64,000 nt of DNA from NCBI GenBank assembly GCA_001821055.1, contig MHRT01000006.1:8572-72571 (forward strand). Direction: 5' to 3'. Positions 48,995 through 59,958 of the stretch are shown here, piece after piece (the first letter of the stretch is position 1; the number at the start of each line of letters is the position of its first letter). This stretch comes from Candidatus Taylorbacteria bacterium RIFCSPHIGHO2_12_FULL_45_16. Lineage in GTDB: Bacteria; Patescibacteriota; Minisyncoccia; Phycocordibacterales; PALSA-1337. The notes below the pieces were generated by a model. It ran no database searches and was not told the origin of the DNA. It saw only the letters and a list, made by a program, of their open reading frames with translations. A program made the position numbers and the translations under genes.

Positions 48995-49906
48995 TCACCA
49001 TCTTCCGCTCGCTCCGCCACCACCGGACATCCCACCACCAAAACCGCCGAAGCTACCACCTCCCGACCCACCATGACCGCCACCGAAAAATATCGGCCAA
49101 AAACCGCCATGATCTTTTCCATCTGATGGTCGTTTGGAGACAATAAAATCAAAGATAAGACCAAGGATGGTTAGGATTACAATCGCACCGATACCGATAA
49201 ACACAAATCCCCAAATCAAGCCTACCACGGCGCCGATAATCGCTCCAACAACCCCACCAAGCCACCATGATTTGGTTTTGCCAAAAATTCGCGCGAACAT
49301 ATTTAGGATGATGATTACAAAAAAGAAGAGGGCGGCGAAATCGACATCCGTATTTGAGTTTGCTGGATTTCGAATGGATAAATCGGCAACTGAATACTGC
49401 GCCGCTTCCGGAGAATTTTTGATGATAGCTCCCAAAGCATCAACCGTCCCAGAGATACCCAACGCGTATTTTCCCTCCCTGAAGGCCGGCGTCATTACCG
49501 TGCGGATAATATTACTAGATTGGATGTCCGTGACTGGACCCTCCAGACCATATCCAACCTCAAGACGCATTTGTCGATCATCAATCGCTACGAGAATAAG
49601 TAGACCCCTATCTTTTGCCCTATCACCCACGCCCCACTCCGCAAAAAGTTTCGTGGCATAGCTTTCAATCGTCTCATCGCCAAGCGATTGGATAATAACT
49701 GCAGAAATTTCCACGCGGGTTTCTTTTTTTAGATTGAGAAGCTTTGTTTCAATGTCTTGTCTTTCTTGCAGGCTTAAAATACCCGCGAAATCATTCACGA
49801 AGCCGGTTGGTCTGCCGGGACTTGTATAAGCAAAAACAGAGCTAAGAGACAGGAGGCAGAAGGTAAAAACGAACAAACCAGTAAGGATCGGTGTAAACTT
49901 CTTCAT
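48995..49906 (-). CDS. TPM-domain (YgcG-like) membrane protein
   Basis: VNDFAGIL, EVGYGLEG, Gly-rich tail GGGGASGRW. Confidence 0.92.
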   Translation of the reverse strand: MKKFTPILTGLFVFTFCLLSLSSVFAYTSPGRPTGFVNDFAGILSLQERQDIETKLLNLKKETRVEISAVIIQSLGDETIESYATKLFAEWGVGDRAKDRGLLILVAIDDRQMRLEVGYGLEGPVTDIQSSNIIRTVMTPAFREGKYALGISGTVDALGAIIKNSPEAAQYSVADLSIRNPANSNTDVDFAALFFFVIIILNMFARIFGKTKSWWLGGVVGAIIGAVVGLIWGFVFIGIGAIVILTILGLIFDFIVSKRPSDGKDHGGFWPIFFGGGHGGSGGGSFGGFGGGMSGGGGASGRW

Positions 49907-49929
49907 CGAGATATATGTCGGCGAACAGA

Positions 49930-50487
49930 TTATTGCAGATCGACTTTTGGAGCCGTCTCGGCGCCGGCCTGCGCTTCAAAATATTCCATCTTCTCAAAAC
50001 CAAAGAGCGATGCCACTATGGCGCGAGGGAAGCGTTGAATGGCGACCTGGTATATTTTGATTGTGTCGTTGAATCGACCACGCTCTGTACTGATGCGATT
50101 TTCCGTACCTTCGAGCTGGGTCATGAGATCGCGCACATTCTCGGAGGATTTCAGCGTTGGGTAATTTTCAATAACGGCCAAAAGGCGTCCAAGCGATGTC
50201 TCCAGCTGTCCAGCGGCAAGCGCTTTGTCGGGCACGGTTTGCGCGCCGGCGTATCTGGTGCGAGCATCGGCAAGAGCCGTGAAGATAGTCTGCTCTTGAG
50301 TCAGAATACCTTTGACGGATTCGACGAGATTTGGAATCAAATCAAAGCGACGCTGATATGAGGTTTCCACCTGTTGCCATTGAGCCGTCGCGTTTTCGCG
50401 TAGAGTCACCAAACCGTTGTACGATGACCAAAAGTATAGAACTATTGCGATGATAACAATGCCTATAATGATTAAAGGTTTTTTCAT
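49930..50487 (-). CDS. lemA: LemA family protein
   Basis: YQRRFDLIPNLVE, ENYPTLKS, LEGTENRI. Confidence 0.95.
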   Translation of the reverse strand: MKKPLIIIGIVIIAIVLYFWSSYNGLVTLRENATAQWQQVETSYQRRFDLIPNLVESVKGILTQEQTIFTALADARTRYAGAQTVPDKALAAGQLETSLGRLLAVIENYPTLKSSENVRDLMTQLEGTENRISTERGRFNDTIKIYQVAIQRFPRAIVASLFGFEKMEYFEAQAGAETAPKVDLQ

Positions 50488-50522
50488 TTTTGAATTTGTA
50501 GGATTTAGGACTCAATGTCTAA

Positions 50523-51206
50523 TTACTTCGGTGCCTTAGTCTCGTCAATTCCTTGAGGTATCGCGACGAACCCGAATGATTTGACCATATCAGTAAAGGC
50601 AACATCGGCGGAATTTATAAGGGCCTTGTTATTATTTTGCGCTTGGGTGATGTTTGACCCCGTCAAACCTTTGGTTGCCGGATCAAGCGTGATTGATGAC
50701 AAGGCGAACATATAACAAATACTGTCTTTTTGGAGGGAATACATGCGATTGAAGTATCCTCGTCCTTGAACGGTATTGGACATGGAGATAGTGTTGAGTG
50801 TTTGCGAACCGACTTTGAGAGTGCCGCGATCTTTGACGGTTGTTACTGGCGGAAATGCACACTTACCGGAAATCACATTGACATCCACCTGTAGTTTTGC
50901 CACTGTTGAAACTTGGGCTTTGTCTATCGGTATTATGAACGAAACACTCATGCTATTTTCGGTCTTTTCCCACACGGTCGGATACTTGACCGAAAAACCC
51001 AGTTCGGCATTGTGGTATTCCGATGTTTGACTTGAGACTTTTGTAGTTCCACTGACTGGAGCCGACGGTGACACGGTGCCACCAGTTGTCGTGGTTGTCG
51101 AAATGCCTGTGGTTGAGGTACTCTGATCTGACGGGGCTCCACCATAAATAACTATGAGCACGATTGCTATAATAATAAGAACGATTGCGACTATGGATTT
51201 TTTCAT
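50523..51206 (-). CDS. Membrane-anchored protein with PsbP-like domain
   Basis: Signal anchor, Thr/Ser linker, Y.N.ELGFSVKYPTVW. Confidence 0.6.
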   Translation of the reverse strand: MKKSIVAIVLIIIAIVLIVIYGGAPSDQSTSTTGISTTTTTGGTVSPSAPVSGTTKVSSQTSEYHNAELGFSVKYPTVWEKTENSMSVSFIIPIDKAQVSTVAKLQVDVNVISGKCAFPPVTTVKDRGTLKVGSQTLNTISMSNTVQGRGYFNRMYSLQKDSICYMFALSSITLDPATKGLTGSNITQAQNNNKALINSADVAFTDMVKSFGFVAIPQGIDETKAPK

Positions 51207-51278
51207 ATAATATTTAATTAGTTGTTAATTTTTGCCTAGTGCCTAGCCTAGTAAAAAACATTGTAACACATAATGGGA

Positions 51279-52928
51279 TTAGTATCCCATGCCGGCCATG
51301 CCAGGATTCGCCGGCGCGTCTTTCTTTTCTTCAGGGTCGTCGGCAACAGCCGCTTCAGTCGTGAGAAGTATTGCCGCGGCTGAACAGGCGTTTTCTACGC
51401 CCAAACGAGTTACTTTGACCGGATCGACTATGCCCGCGACTATCATGTCAATGACCATTTCGTCTTTGAGCGCATCATAGCCAAGATTCCCCTTTCCGTT
51501 TTTTATCTTGTCCACGATAACCGAACCGTCTTCCTTACCGGTATTGATGACGATCTGTCGAAGCGGCGATTCAAGCGCTTTGATGACGATATCCGTACCG
51601 AGAATTATTTCCGGGGAAAGAGTGTCCTTGTGATTCTTGAGCCATTCAGCAAGCTTGGTGGCGACTTTGACCAAAGCCACCCCGCCGCCGGCTACGATGC
51701 CTTCTTCGATGGCCGCTTTGGTAGCATTGACGGCATCTTCTATCTTTAATTTCAGATATTTCATTTCTGTCTCCGTAGCCGCGCCGACGCGGATGACTGC
51801 CACGCCACCAGAAAGTTTGGCGATGCGTTCTTCTATTTTTTCTTTGTCATATTTTGAATCGGTGTTTTCGCGCTGTTTCTTGAGTTGGACGACGCGGGCT
51901 TCAATATCGGACTTTTTGCCTTTACCGCCGACAATAACGGTATTATCCTTGGTTGAAATAACTTTGCGGGCCTTACCAAGCATCGAGAGGGCAACTTTTT
52001 CAAATTTGATGCCGACTTCTTCGGTCACGACGGTCGCGCCGACGGTCACAGCGATATCTTCAAGTATGGCTTTCTTGGTATCACCATACCCTGGAGCTTT
52101 GATGGCAAGCACATTGAACACGCCTCGCAGTTTATTGACTACAAATGTCGCCAACGCCTCGCCGTCAACATCTTCGGCAATTATGACTAACTCCTTTTTG
52201 CCGGATTGCGCCAGCTGTTCAAGCAACGGCAAAATCTCTTTGACAGAGGAAATCTTTTTGTCAGTTATGAGAATGGCGGGATCTTTGACTTCAGCCTCCA
52301 TGCGTTCCGGATTGGTGACCATATATGCGGAAATGTAACCTTTGTCAAATTGAATGCCTTCAACTATTTCCGGATCCTCCAGAGTCGTCGATTGCGACTC
52401 TTCAACCGTCACCACGCCGTCTTTGCCGACTTTTCTGATCGTATCTGCAATTATTTTACCCAGTTCAGATGATTCGGCTGAAATCGTAGCCACTTGATGA
52501 ATCTCTTCGTCTGATTTGATTGGTTTGGCCAGTTTTTTGAGCTCCTGTAATACATACTTGGAGGCAGTTTCAATACCAAATCTGATACCCATAGCACTGA
52601 CGCCCATAGTCGTATGCTTCATACCTTCGGAGACAATCGCTTGCGTAAGAATGGCGGCCGTTGTGGTTCCGTCTCCGGCCATATCATTTGTTTTACCGGC
52701 AACTTCTTTGATGATTTCGGCGCCCATATTCTCAAACCTGTCTTTGAGCGTGATCTCCTTCGCTATCGAAACACCGTCATTGGTAATAGTTGGACTGCCA
52801 TAGCCTTTGTCCAAGACGATGTTCCGACCGCGTGGACCAATCGTGATTTTAACTGCATCTGCCACGGCGTCAACTCCGCGTCTCAGAGCTTTTCGAGCTT
52901 CTTCGTTGTAGAGAATTCGTTTAGACAT
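51279..52928 (-). CDS. groL: Chaperonin GroEL
   Basis: GPRGRN, TITNDG, AGDGTTTA, GM-rich tail. Confidence 0.98.
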   Translation of the reverse strand: MSKRILYNEEARKALRRGVDAVADAVKITIGPRGRNIVLDKGYGSPTITNDGVSIAKEITLKDRFENMGAEIIKEVAGKTNDMAGDGTTTAAILTQAIVSEGMKHTTMGVSAMGIRFGIETASKYVLQELKKLAKPIKSDEEIHQVATISAESSELGKIIADTIRKVGKDGVVTVEESQSTTLEDPEIVEGIQFDKGYISAYMVTNPERMEAEVKDPAILITDKKISSVKEILPLLEQLAQSGKKELVIIAEDVDGEALATFVVNKLRGVFNVLAIKAPGYGDTKKAILEDIAVTVGATVVTEEVGIKFEKVALSMLGKARKVISTKDNTVIVGGKGKKSDIEARVVQLKKQRENTDSKYDKEKIEERIAKLSGGVAVIRVGAATETEMKYLKLKIEDAVNATKAAIEEGIVAGGGVALVKVATKLAEWLKNHKDTLSPEIILGTDIVIKALESPLRQIVINTGKEDGSVIVDKIKNGKGNLGYDALKDEMVIDMIVAGIVDPVKVTRLGVENACSAAAILLTTEAAVADDPEEKKDAPANPGMAGMGY

Positions 52929-53015
52929 ATTGTATAGAGATTATTAATGAATAATTAGAAGAATCGCAAATATCGCTTGTTCTTTTCTAGTCACTAATTA
53001 CTGATTATTAGTTAA

Positions 53016-53321
53016 TTATTTTATAATCGCCAATATCTCACTTTCCTTGACCAAATAATACTCCTCGCCATCCACACTAATTCTGTCGCCCCACTGGAAA
53101 ATGACCTTGTTGCCGACTTTGACAACCGGCATGATTGTTTTGCCATCTTCCGTTCTACCTGGACCGACCGCCATGACTTCCCCACGCTTGCCGTTTTTTT
53201 CTTCGTCAACTGTAATGGGAATAATGATTCCCGACGAGGTCTGCTTTTCCTTCTCATCGACATGTTCACGGATCAGCACACGGTCCTGAAGCGGTTTTAT
53301 CTTTTTTGAGATGTCTTTCAT
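53016..53321 (-). CDS. groS: Co-chaperonin GroES
   Basis: IKPLQDRVLI, SGIIIP, AVGPG, ESEILA. Confidence 0.96.
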   Translation of the reverse strand: MKDISKKIKPLQDRVLIREHVDEKEKQTSSGIIIPITVDEEKNGKRGEVMAVGPGRTEDGKTIMPVVKVGNKVIFQWGDRISVDGEEYYLVKESEILAIIK

Positions 53322-53524
53322 GTTTGATTTATGGCTTGAATTAGGTTGGTAAAATGAACTGATAAATCGATCCCCCGTCTAAAAATGCCTTGTAAAAGGC
53401 AGTGGTAATATGTAGCTATTATATACATGTTGGGATTGAACGCAACTTGACAATAATCTATTTTTATACTTATATACTTTTCAAAATTTGCAAACCACGA
53501 CCCCCTATGCTACGATAATAACCA

Positions 53525-53746
53525 ATGAAGTCTCTCCTCCCCTATATCCAGCTTATTCTGTCGGTACTTTTAATTGCGACAATCCTCGTGCAGCGCACCG
53601 GTGCTCAGGTAGGCGGCGCTTTTGGCGGATCGGATAACTTCAGCTCGGCATTCCATACGCGTCGCGGATTTGAGAAAATCCTCTTCATCGTAACGATCAT
53701 CATCAGCGTGCTGTTCGCGGTCTCGGCCTTACTTAATCTTATCTAA
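53525..53746 (+). CDS. secG: Preprotein translocase subunit SecG
   Basis: ILVQ..G..GGAFGG, RRGFEK, two TM segments. Confidence 0.92.
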   Translation: MKSLLPYIQLILSVLLIATILVQRTGAQVGGAFGGSDNFSSAFHTRRGFEKILFIVTIIISVLFAVSALLNLI

Positions 53747-53859
53747 ATAAACGACACGAGTTACATGAACATCACGGATGGGCACATTTCATCCTGAATA
53801 TTCAACCGATAAATTCATAGTATCCATAGATTCATACTTACAGTTTTCTTTCCAGTATC

Positions 53860-55608
53860 GTGACTAACCTACCCCAACAAGAACTCCGTCTCAAACACGG
53901 AATCACCATATTAAATTATCTACGACGCTTCTCGGCAACCGAGAAAGTCATATTCGGCGCGTTTGTCATAGTGGCATGCGTAACCACTATTGTTATGCTC
54001 GCCCGATTGAATGAGCAGTTCACTATTGAAATCCCAGCCTATGGCGGTATACTCCACGAAGGAATCATCGGTCTGCCACGCAGTGTCAATCCCGTGCTGG
54101 CTTTAAGCGATGTTGACCGCGATATCGGAGCGCTCGTGTACGCGGGATTGACAAAATACGACGACGGAAAAATCGTAACCGATCTGGCCCAATCATACTC
54201 CATATCAAAAGATGGCCTGACATATACATTCAAACTCAAACCAAATCTAAGATTTCAAGACGGTAACACGCTTACCACGGAAGACATAGCATTCACCATA
54301 CAAAAAATCCAAGATCCGGCCATAAAAAGCCCGCGGCGCGTTGATTGGACAGATGTGACAGTCAAAGTTATCTCCCCGATTGAGATAAGTTTCATCCTCA
54401 AGCAGGCATACAGTCCATTTTTGACCAACACGACTATCGGTATAATTCCAAAACATGTCTGGAGTTCCGTCAGTGACGACCAATTCATTTTCAGCCAATA
54501 CAATATAGAGCCGATCGGATCAGGACCATATCGTTTTTCATCAATCGCTCGCGACAACGACGGCATACCGACACACTACACACTCGTGTCATCAAGTGAA
54601 TATTATGACAAGAGACCTTATATACCAACCATTGTTTTTATTTTCTTTCCAGACGAAGAGGGCGCTCTGGTCGCACTTGACCAAGGTTCAATAGACAGTA
54701 TAAGCGGCCTGTCTCCACGGGCCGGACAAATGATTGCCTCAGATCTGGCCCAAGCCTACACTGTGCTTGATACCTCATTGCCTCGCATATTCAGTGTTTT
54801 TCTAAACCAAGATCAAGCCCCGATATTCGGTGACAAAATCGTTCGCCAGGCACTCAATATGTCAATTGATCGAGACAAACTCGTCAATATCGTATTAAAG
54901 GGCTACGGAACTCCGCTTCAAGGCCCTGTCCCCTTTGTCTCTTCATCAATAACTTCAATCCAAACTCTTGGCAGTACGACGCCGATCGAAGCGGCCCGAA
55001 TGCTTCTGGAGAAAAATGGCTGGAAGAATGTCGGTGGTGTATATAGCAAAAAAAACACCAAAACCGGCACTACCACATTGGCTTTTGATATATACACGGT
55101 AGATTCTCCTGATCTCAAAGAAACAGCGGAACTTGTCAAAAATACTTGGGTGGAACTCGGAGCGAATGTCACGGTTAAAGTCTATGAGGGCACTGATTTT
55201 TATCAAAATATCATCCGCACCCGCAAATACGACGCACTTTTGTTTGGGGAGGCTATCGGCAAAGATCGTGATCTTTACGCGTTTTGGCATTCATCACAAC
55301 GCAAGTCGCCAGGATTGAATGTGGCAATGTACGCCAATGGAAAAGTCGACACGTTACTTGACAGCATACGCACGACTAGCGACGACGAAACAAAAGATGC
55401 CAAATACATCCAATTCGATCAGCTGATTCGTTCCGACATTCCGGCTATCTTTCTGTATACTCCGGATTTCATTTATGCCGTGTCGAAATCGCTCAAAAAC
55501 ATCAACATTGATTCAATGACGGTTCCGGCCGATCGATGGAGCGAGATAACACGCTGGTATATAGAGACTGAAAAAGTATGGGACATAAAACTATTTACTA
55601 AAAAATAA
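53860..55608 (+). CDS. ABC peptide substrate-binding protein (family 5)
   Basis: SKDGLTYTFKL, PIGSGPY, VRQALNMSIDR, FWHSSQ; no permeases adjacent. Confidence 0.88.
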   Translation: MTNLPQQELRLKHGITILNYLRRFSATEKVIFGAFVIVACVTTIVMLARLNEQFTIEIPAYGGILHEGIIGLPRSVNPVLALSDVDRDIGALVYAGLTKYDDGKIVTDLAQSYSISKDGLTYTFKLKPNLRFQDGNTLTTEDIAFTIQKIQDPAIKSPRRVDWTDVTVKVISPIEISFILKQAYSPFLTNTTIGIIPKHVWSSVSDDQFIFSQYNIEPIGSGPYRFSSIARDNDGIPTHYTLVSSSEYYDKRPYIPTIVFIFFPDEEGALVALDQGSIDSISGLSPRAGQMIASDLAQAYTVLDTSLPRIFSVFLNQDQAPIFGDKIVRQALNMSIDRDKLVNIVLKGYGTPLQGPVPFVSSSITSIQTLGSTTPIEAARMLLEKNGWKNVGGVYSKKNTKTGTTTLAFDIYTVDSPDLKETAELVKNTWVELGANVTVKVYEGTDFYQNIIRTRKYDALLFGEAIGKDRDLYAFWHSSQRKSPGLNVAMYANGKVDTLLDSIRTTSDDETKDAKYIQFDQLIRSDIPAIFLYTPDFIYAVSKSLKNINIDSMTVPADRWSEITRWYIETEKVWDIKLFTKK

Positions 55609-55611
55609 ATC

Positions 55612-57651
55612 ATGAGTAATATCAATCCATCATACGATCCACGTCGACCGCAAAACTTCAAATTCCAACGCCGGCCGAATCAGAACCGAACCCGTATTTT
55701 ACGAAACAATGATATCTCCGGCTCACCAGACACCGACAAAAAACCTGTATATCATCATGATCACAAGGGACGCATCCACCAACCTTTGAGCACACAAGCC
55801 GCAAACGGTCACCGTGTCGTCCTCGGCCGTGGCGCTCTCAAGCATCCTGGCGCCGTAAAACATATAGCCGGAGCGCGTATGAACATTATCCGTCCGGACG
55901 CCGCCAAACCGATGCGGCGCAGTCAGGCAAAACCGATGATTCGGCGCGAGGGAGATATTATGCCGCCATTGGCACCAGATTCGATCCGTATCATTCCACT
56001 CGGCGGCGTGGAGGAAATCGGCAAGAATATGACCGCTATCCAATATGGCGACGACATCGTCGTTGTTGATATTGGTTTCCAATTTAAAGATGATGACACG
56101 CCGGGTATAGATTTTATTCTACCTAACACAAAGTATCTTGAGGAACGCCAAGACAAAATTCGGGCCATTATCATCACCCATGGGCACTTGGACCACATAG
56201 GCGGCATTCCATATATCATGCCGCGCATTGGCAATCCACCGATTTACACACGTCTTTTGACCTCAATTCTCATACAAAAGCGCCAGGAGGAATTTCCTCA
56301 TGTTCAGAAAATAGAAATGAAAGTCGTCGAGAAAAACGAGACTATCACCGTGGGAAAGTTGCGGGTCAAGTTCTTCGCAGTGACTCACACGATTCCGGAT
56401 TCAATGGGTATTATCATTGAGACTCCCCACGGATCAATCGTGCACACTGGTGATTTGAAACTTGATCACATGGACGGTATACCGACTGATCAAGAGGTCG
56501 CCGAATATGACCGGGCATTCAAGCACGAAAAAGTTCTTATACTCATGGCCGACTCCACAAATGTGGAAAACCCTGGATTTTCCCTGCCGGAAAAAGTCGT
56601 GCACAAAAACCTGGAGCTTATCATCCAAAATATGTCCGGTCGGCTCATTATCGCCACTTTCTCTTCCCTGCTTGAACGCTTGCTCAAAATAGTGGAGTTT
56701 TCGGAAAAATACGGCAAGAAAGTGCTGATTGAGGGACGCAGTTTGAAACAAAATATTGAGATTTGCAAAAGTCTCGGTCTGGTCAAAGCAAAGAATGAAA
56801 CTTTCATCACAGCTGATGACATAGACAATTATCCGCCGGATCGGATCGTCATCCTCTCAACTGGCGCCCAAGCCAACGATTTTTCGGCTCTGGTGCGCAT
56901 GTCCAACAAGACGCACGCCAAGATCAGATTGACGCCACGTGACACAGTGGTGCTCTCGTCGTCGGTCATTCCCGGCAATGAGCGTCCCATTCAGAAATTG
57001 AAAGACAATATTTCCCGCCAAGGTGCCAAAATTTTGCACTACCGGATCGCCGATGTTCATTCATCCGGCCACGCCAACCGCGACGAGACGGCCTGGATTC
57101 ATCGGGCCATCAAGCCGAAATTCTTCATGCCGCTCCATGGCTATCATTATATGTTGCGAGCGCATTGCGATGTGGCCAAAGAAGCCAATGGTTTGAGCGA
57201 ATCGGATGTGGTCATTCCAGACAATGGTTCAGTGATTGAAATCCAAAATAAAGGCACCAAATTGGTCAAATTGAAGGAGAAAGCAGCTTCAGGGTTGGTC
57301 TTGGTTGACGGTTTTTCCGTCGGCGATGTCCAAGATGTGGTCATTCGTGACCGCCAAGCGCTAGCGCAGGACGGCATCTTCATCATCTTTGGCATTTTGA
57401 ACGCCCAGACGGGAAAGTTAAAGAAATCGCCGGACATTATTTCCCGTGGTTTCGTCTATTTACGCGAGTCGCAAGATCTGCTCCACGAGGTCCGTCTGAT
57501 CATCAAAGAAACCGTGGAAAAATCAACTCGCGGCCAGAATCCGATCAATCTTGATTTCGTCAAGGATACAGTCACGGATACAGTTGCCCGCTTCCTGATG
57601 CAAAAGACAGCCAAGAGGCCCATGGTCATACCGGTGTTGTTGACAATCTAA
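55612..57651 (+). CDS. rnj: Ribonuclease J
   Basis: PLGGVEEIGKN, THGHLDHIGG, HTGDLK, HSSGHA; ~120-aa basic N-terminal extension. Confidence 0.95.
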   Translation: MSNINPSYDPRRPQNFKFQRRPNQNRTRILRNNDISGSPDTDKKPVYHHDHKGRIHQPLSTQAANGHRVVLGRGALKHPGAVKHIAGARMNIIRPDAAKPMRRSQAKPMIRREGDIMPPLAPDSIRIIPLGGVEEIGKNMTAIQYGDDIVVVDIGFQFKDDDTPGIDFILPNTKYLEERQDKIRAIIITHGHLDHIGGIPYIMPRIGNPPIYTRLLTSILIQKRQEEFPHVQKIEMKVVEKNETITVGKLRVKFFAVTHTIPDSMGIIIETPHGSIVHTGDLKLDHMDGIPTDQEVAEYDRAFKHEKVLILMADSTNVENPGFSLPEKVVHKNLELIIQNMSGRLIIATFSSLLERLLKIVEFSEKYGKKVLIEGRSLKQNIEICKSLGLVKAKNETFITADDIDNYPPDRIVILSTGAQANDFSALVRMSNKTHAKIRLTPRDTVVLSSSVIPGNERPIQKLKDNISRQGAKILHYRIADVHSSGHANRDETAWIHRAIKPKFFMPLHGYHYMLRAHCDVAKEANGLSESDVVIPDNGSVIEIQNKGTKLVKLKEKAASGLVLVDGFSVGDVQDVVIRDRQALAQDGIFIIFGILNAQTGKLKKSPDIISRGFVYLRESQDLLHEVRLIIKETVEKSTRGQNPINLDFVKDTVTDTVARFLMQKTAKRPMVIPVLLTI

Positions 57652-57730
57652 TTGTAGTATATAAACTACGGCCGAAAGTCTTTTTCTTGAGAGAGAGTGT
57701 AGCAAAAAAATAATTTGTCAAGAAGAAAAA

Positions 57731-59098
57731 CTACAACCCCTGCAACGGATCAATCATAGTTCTCTGGATCATATCCGCCTTGGCGATGACCTGATTGCCG
57801 TAAGTCGCGACCAACGATGAAGCACTGCATGATTTGCCGGAATAATATCTGCAGGCCGCGTTGCGTTCAGCTGAATAGGTGCCCGCGGATGCTCCCAAGT
57901 CACCCAGATATATTGAAGAAGCCATGAAAGCGTGGGCCGGATTCCATGGGTCTGGTATGCCCGACAAACCAAGCGCGTTTGCGATACGATTTTCAAATAA
58001 TATCCAAGTTGAAGCGATGAATTGGGCCGGGCCCATAGCGCCACCCCAGCCGACGGATTGTGGACAGGAAACAACTTGTTTGTAGGGATCGCCGCCAAGA
58101 TTTTTTATAATTTCTAAAAACGGTTCAACATCGCGGCCGGGTTTCATGACATTGGATAGAGCGTTCCCCGTCTTTTTACTGACACCGGCGCCCGTTGTCG
58201 GATTGGTCAAATAACATGAACCGACATTGGCGCCAAGCGCCGATTCTTGGGTCAGGATTGCTAGGACAAATGCCGGTCTAACTCCTGTTTTTGCCGACGC
58301 GACCTGGGCATATTTGAGCGCGTCACCAAATGGGATAGGGTTGGCGTCGCGCAACTGGAATAAAGCCGCGCGGATTTGAGCGGCTTTGGTTCGTTTTTCG
58401 GCAAGAAGCGTCGCGTATGATTTTTCGTTGCCTTTACTGATATTCAATAAGCGTTGCTTCTCCGTTTCATTGGCTTTGATACTTTTTTCTTCTTGCTGAA
58501 TGGCGTATCGCGCGTCAACCTCGGCGCTTCTGCGCTTGTCAAGATTGGTTTTTTCTGTTTCAGTCTCAGTCTTATCGGAACGAATCTGCTCAAATGTCGT
58601 TTTCAACCCCTGCTGTACAGATTCAAAACTGTCAATATCCTTAAAAAATCCCGTCACGCTAGATTGTGAAAGAATCACTTCCGGCAACGAATACGAACCT
58701 ATCTCATTTGTTTTTCGCATAATGGCCGCCAAAGTATCCCGTCCATTATCTATACGATCTTCCAGTTCAATAATATAAGTTTCTTTGGTTTTGATGTCTT
58801 TTCCCAGACTTTCAATCAAAAGATTTTTGGCTCGAATGTTGAGCTGAGCGACTTTTATTTTGGCAGTCAAGACGGTAATGTCTTTCTGTAAAGAAGCGCT
58901 TTGACCTTGAGCGGAAATAAGGTCTTTTTCAGCTTGCTTCTGTTCGGCCTCTACTTGGGCCAATTCCTGCTCCAGACGAGCTTTTTGATCAGGCGTCAAA
59001 GCTTGGGCGTGGATGAGAGCAGGAAATAAGAGGTAAGAAGTAAAAGGTAAGAGAATTACAAAAATCACTGTAATTAGAAAATTGGTCTTGGTAATCAT
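57731..59098 (-). CDS. Coiled-coil plus lytic murein transglycosylase protein
   Basis: Signal peptide, long coiled coil, AILTQES, GGAMGPAQFI..TW. Confidence 0.85.
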   Translation of the reverse strand: MITKTNFLITVIFVILLPFTSYLLFPALIHAQALTPDQKARLEQELAQVEAEQKQAEKDLISAQGQSASLQKDITVLTAKIKVAQLNIRAKNLLIESLGKDIKTKETYIIELEDRIDNGRDTLAAIMRKTNEIGSYSLPEVILSQSSVTGFFKDIDSFESVQQGLKTTFEQIRSDKTETETEKTNLDKRRSAEVDARYAIQQEEKSIKANETEKQRLLNISKGNEKSYATLLAEKRTKAAQIRAALFQLRDANPIPFGDALKYAQVASAKTGVRPAFVLAILTQESALGANVGSCYLTNPTTGAGVSKKTGNALSNVMKPGRDVEPFLEIIKNLGGDPYKQVVSCPQSVGWGGAMGPAQFIASTWILFENRIANALGLSGIPDPWNPAHAFMASSIYLGDLGASAGTYSAERNAACRYYSGKSCSASSLVATYGNQVIAKADMIQRTMIDPLQGL

Positions 59099-59166
59099 GT
59101 CTGTTGATTATAACAAATAAACCCCACCCACACAGGGTGCGGTCTCTGTCTACATGTAACCCAATC

Positions 59167-59886
59167 CTACTTTTTTTCCGGCTTTTTATCAGAGGATTTT
59201 TTGTCGGTAGCTTTTTGATCACCTCCCTCTTTGACGGCCGGAGCTTCAGCGCCAGCTTCACCTTCTTTGATTTCTTTGCCCTTGGTTTCAACTTCTATGG
59301 CAGTCATGTCAATGGCCGCCGGCGCCTCTTCAATCTCTTCCTTGGCTTCGGCGATGGAAGCAATGACCTCCTCGGGGTTAATCTTGAGTTCAACGCCTTT
59401 CGGCAAGATAAGATCCTTGGCTTTGATGACATCCGCAAATTCAACAAGCTTGGAAATATCAACGATGAGGTCGTGCGGCAAATCCCGAGGCGCGGCTTCA
59501 ATCTCGATTTCACGATGAACTTTGACGAGGATGCCTGCCTTGTCTTTGACGGCCGGAGACACGCCGGAAAATACAAGTTGCACAGCGACTTTTACTTTTT
59601 TACCTTTTTCTATGACATAAAAGTCGGCATGACGCGGTTCGCCAGATAGAGGATGGATATCAACTTCATGGATAAGGGTTTCGTGCTCTATTCCACTGGC
59701 GTCTTTGAGAATGACAACCGATGATTCGCCGGCCTTTTTCCAGACTTTACTGAACTCTTTGGCGTTCAAGGCGATAGATGTAGAATCCTCCTTTGGGCCA
59801 TAAAAAACGGCCGGCATTTTACCCGCTTCTCTCAAAGCTTCCAATTTTGAGCTTGAATCACGCTTTTCGGCGGTTAATGACAACAT
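59167..59886 (-). CDS. rplY: 50S ribosomal protein L25 (Ctc type)
   Basis: MPAVFYG, HADFY, acidic tail. Confidence 0.95.
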   Translation of the reverse strand: MLSLTAEKRDSSSKLEALREAGKMPAVFYGPKEDSTSIALNAKEFSKVWKKAGESSVVILKDASGIEHETLIHEVDIHPLSGEPRHADFYVIEKGKKVKVAVQLVFSGVSPAVKDKAGILVKVHREIEIEAAPRDLPHDLIVDISKLVEFADVIKAKDLILPKGVELKINPEEVIASIAEAKEEIEEAPAAIDMTAIEVETKGKEIKEGEAGAEAPAVKEGGDQKATDKKSSDKKPEKK

Positions 59887-59958
59887 GGCAAGTAGTTTAC
59901 ACTAGTTGCGGCAAAAAGCAAATTTTCTTGGAAACCCACACACATGTTATTAAAATAT

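Noticed and set aside
51637-52338. Long antisense ORFs over groEL (similar ones over clpB, parB, serS, rplY)
   Set aside because: They mirror conserved genes and reflect codon bias.
53322-53524. CIRCE element upstream of groES
   Set aside because: TTAGCACTC-N9-GAGTGCTAA was not found.
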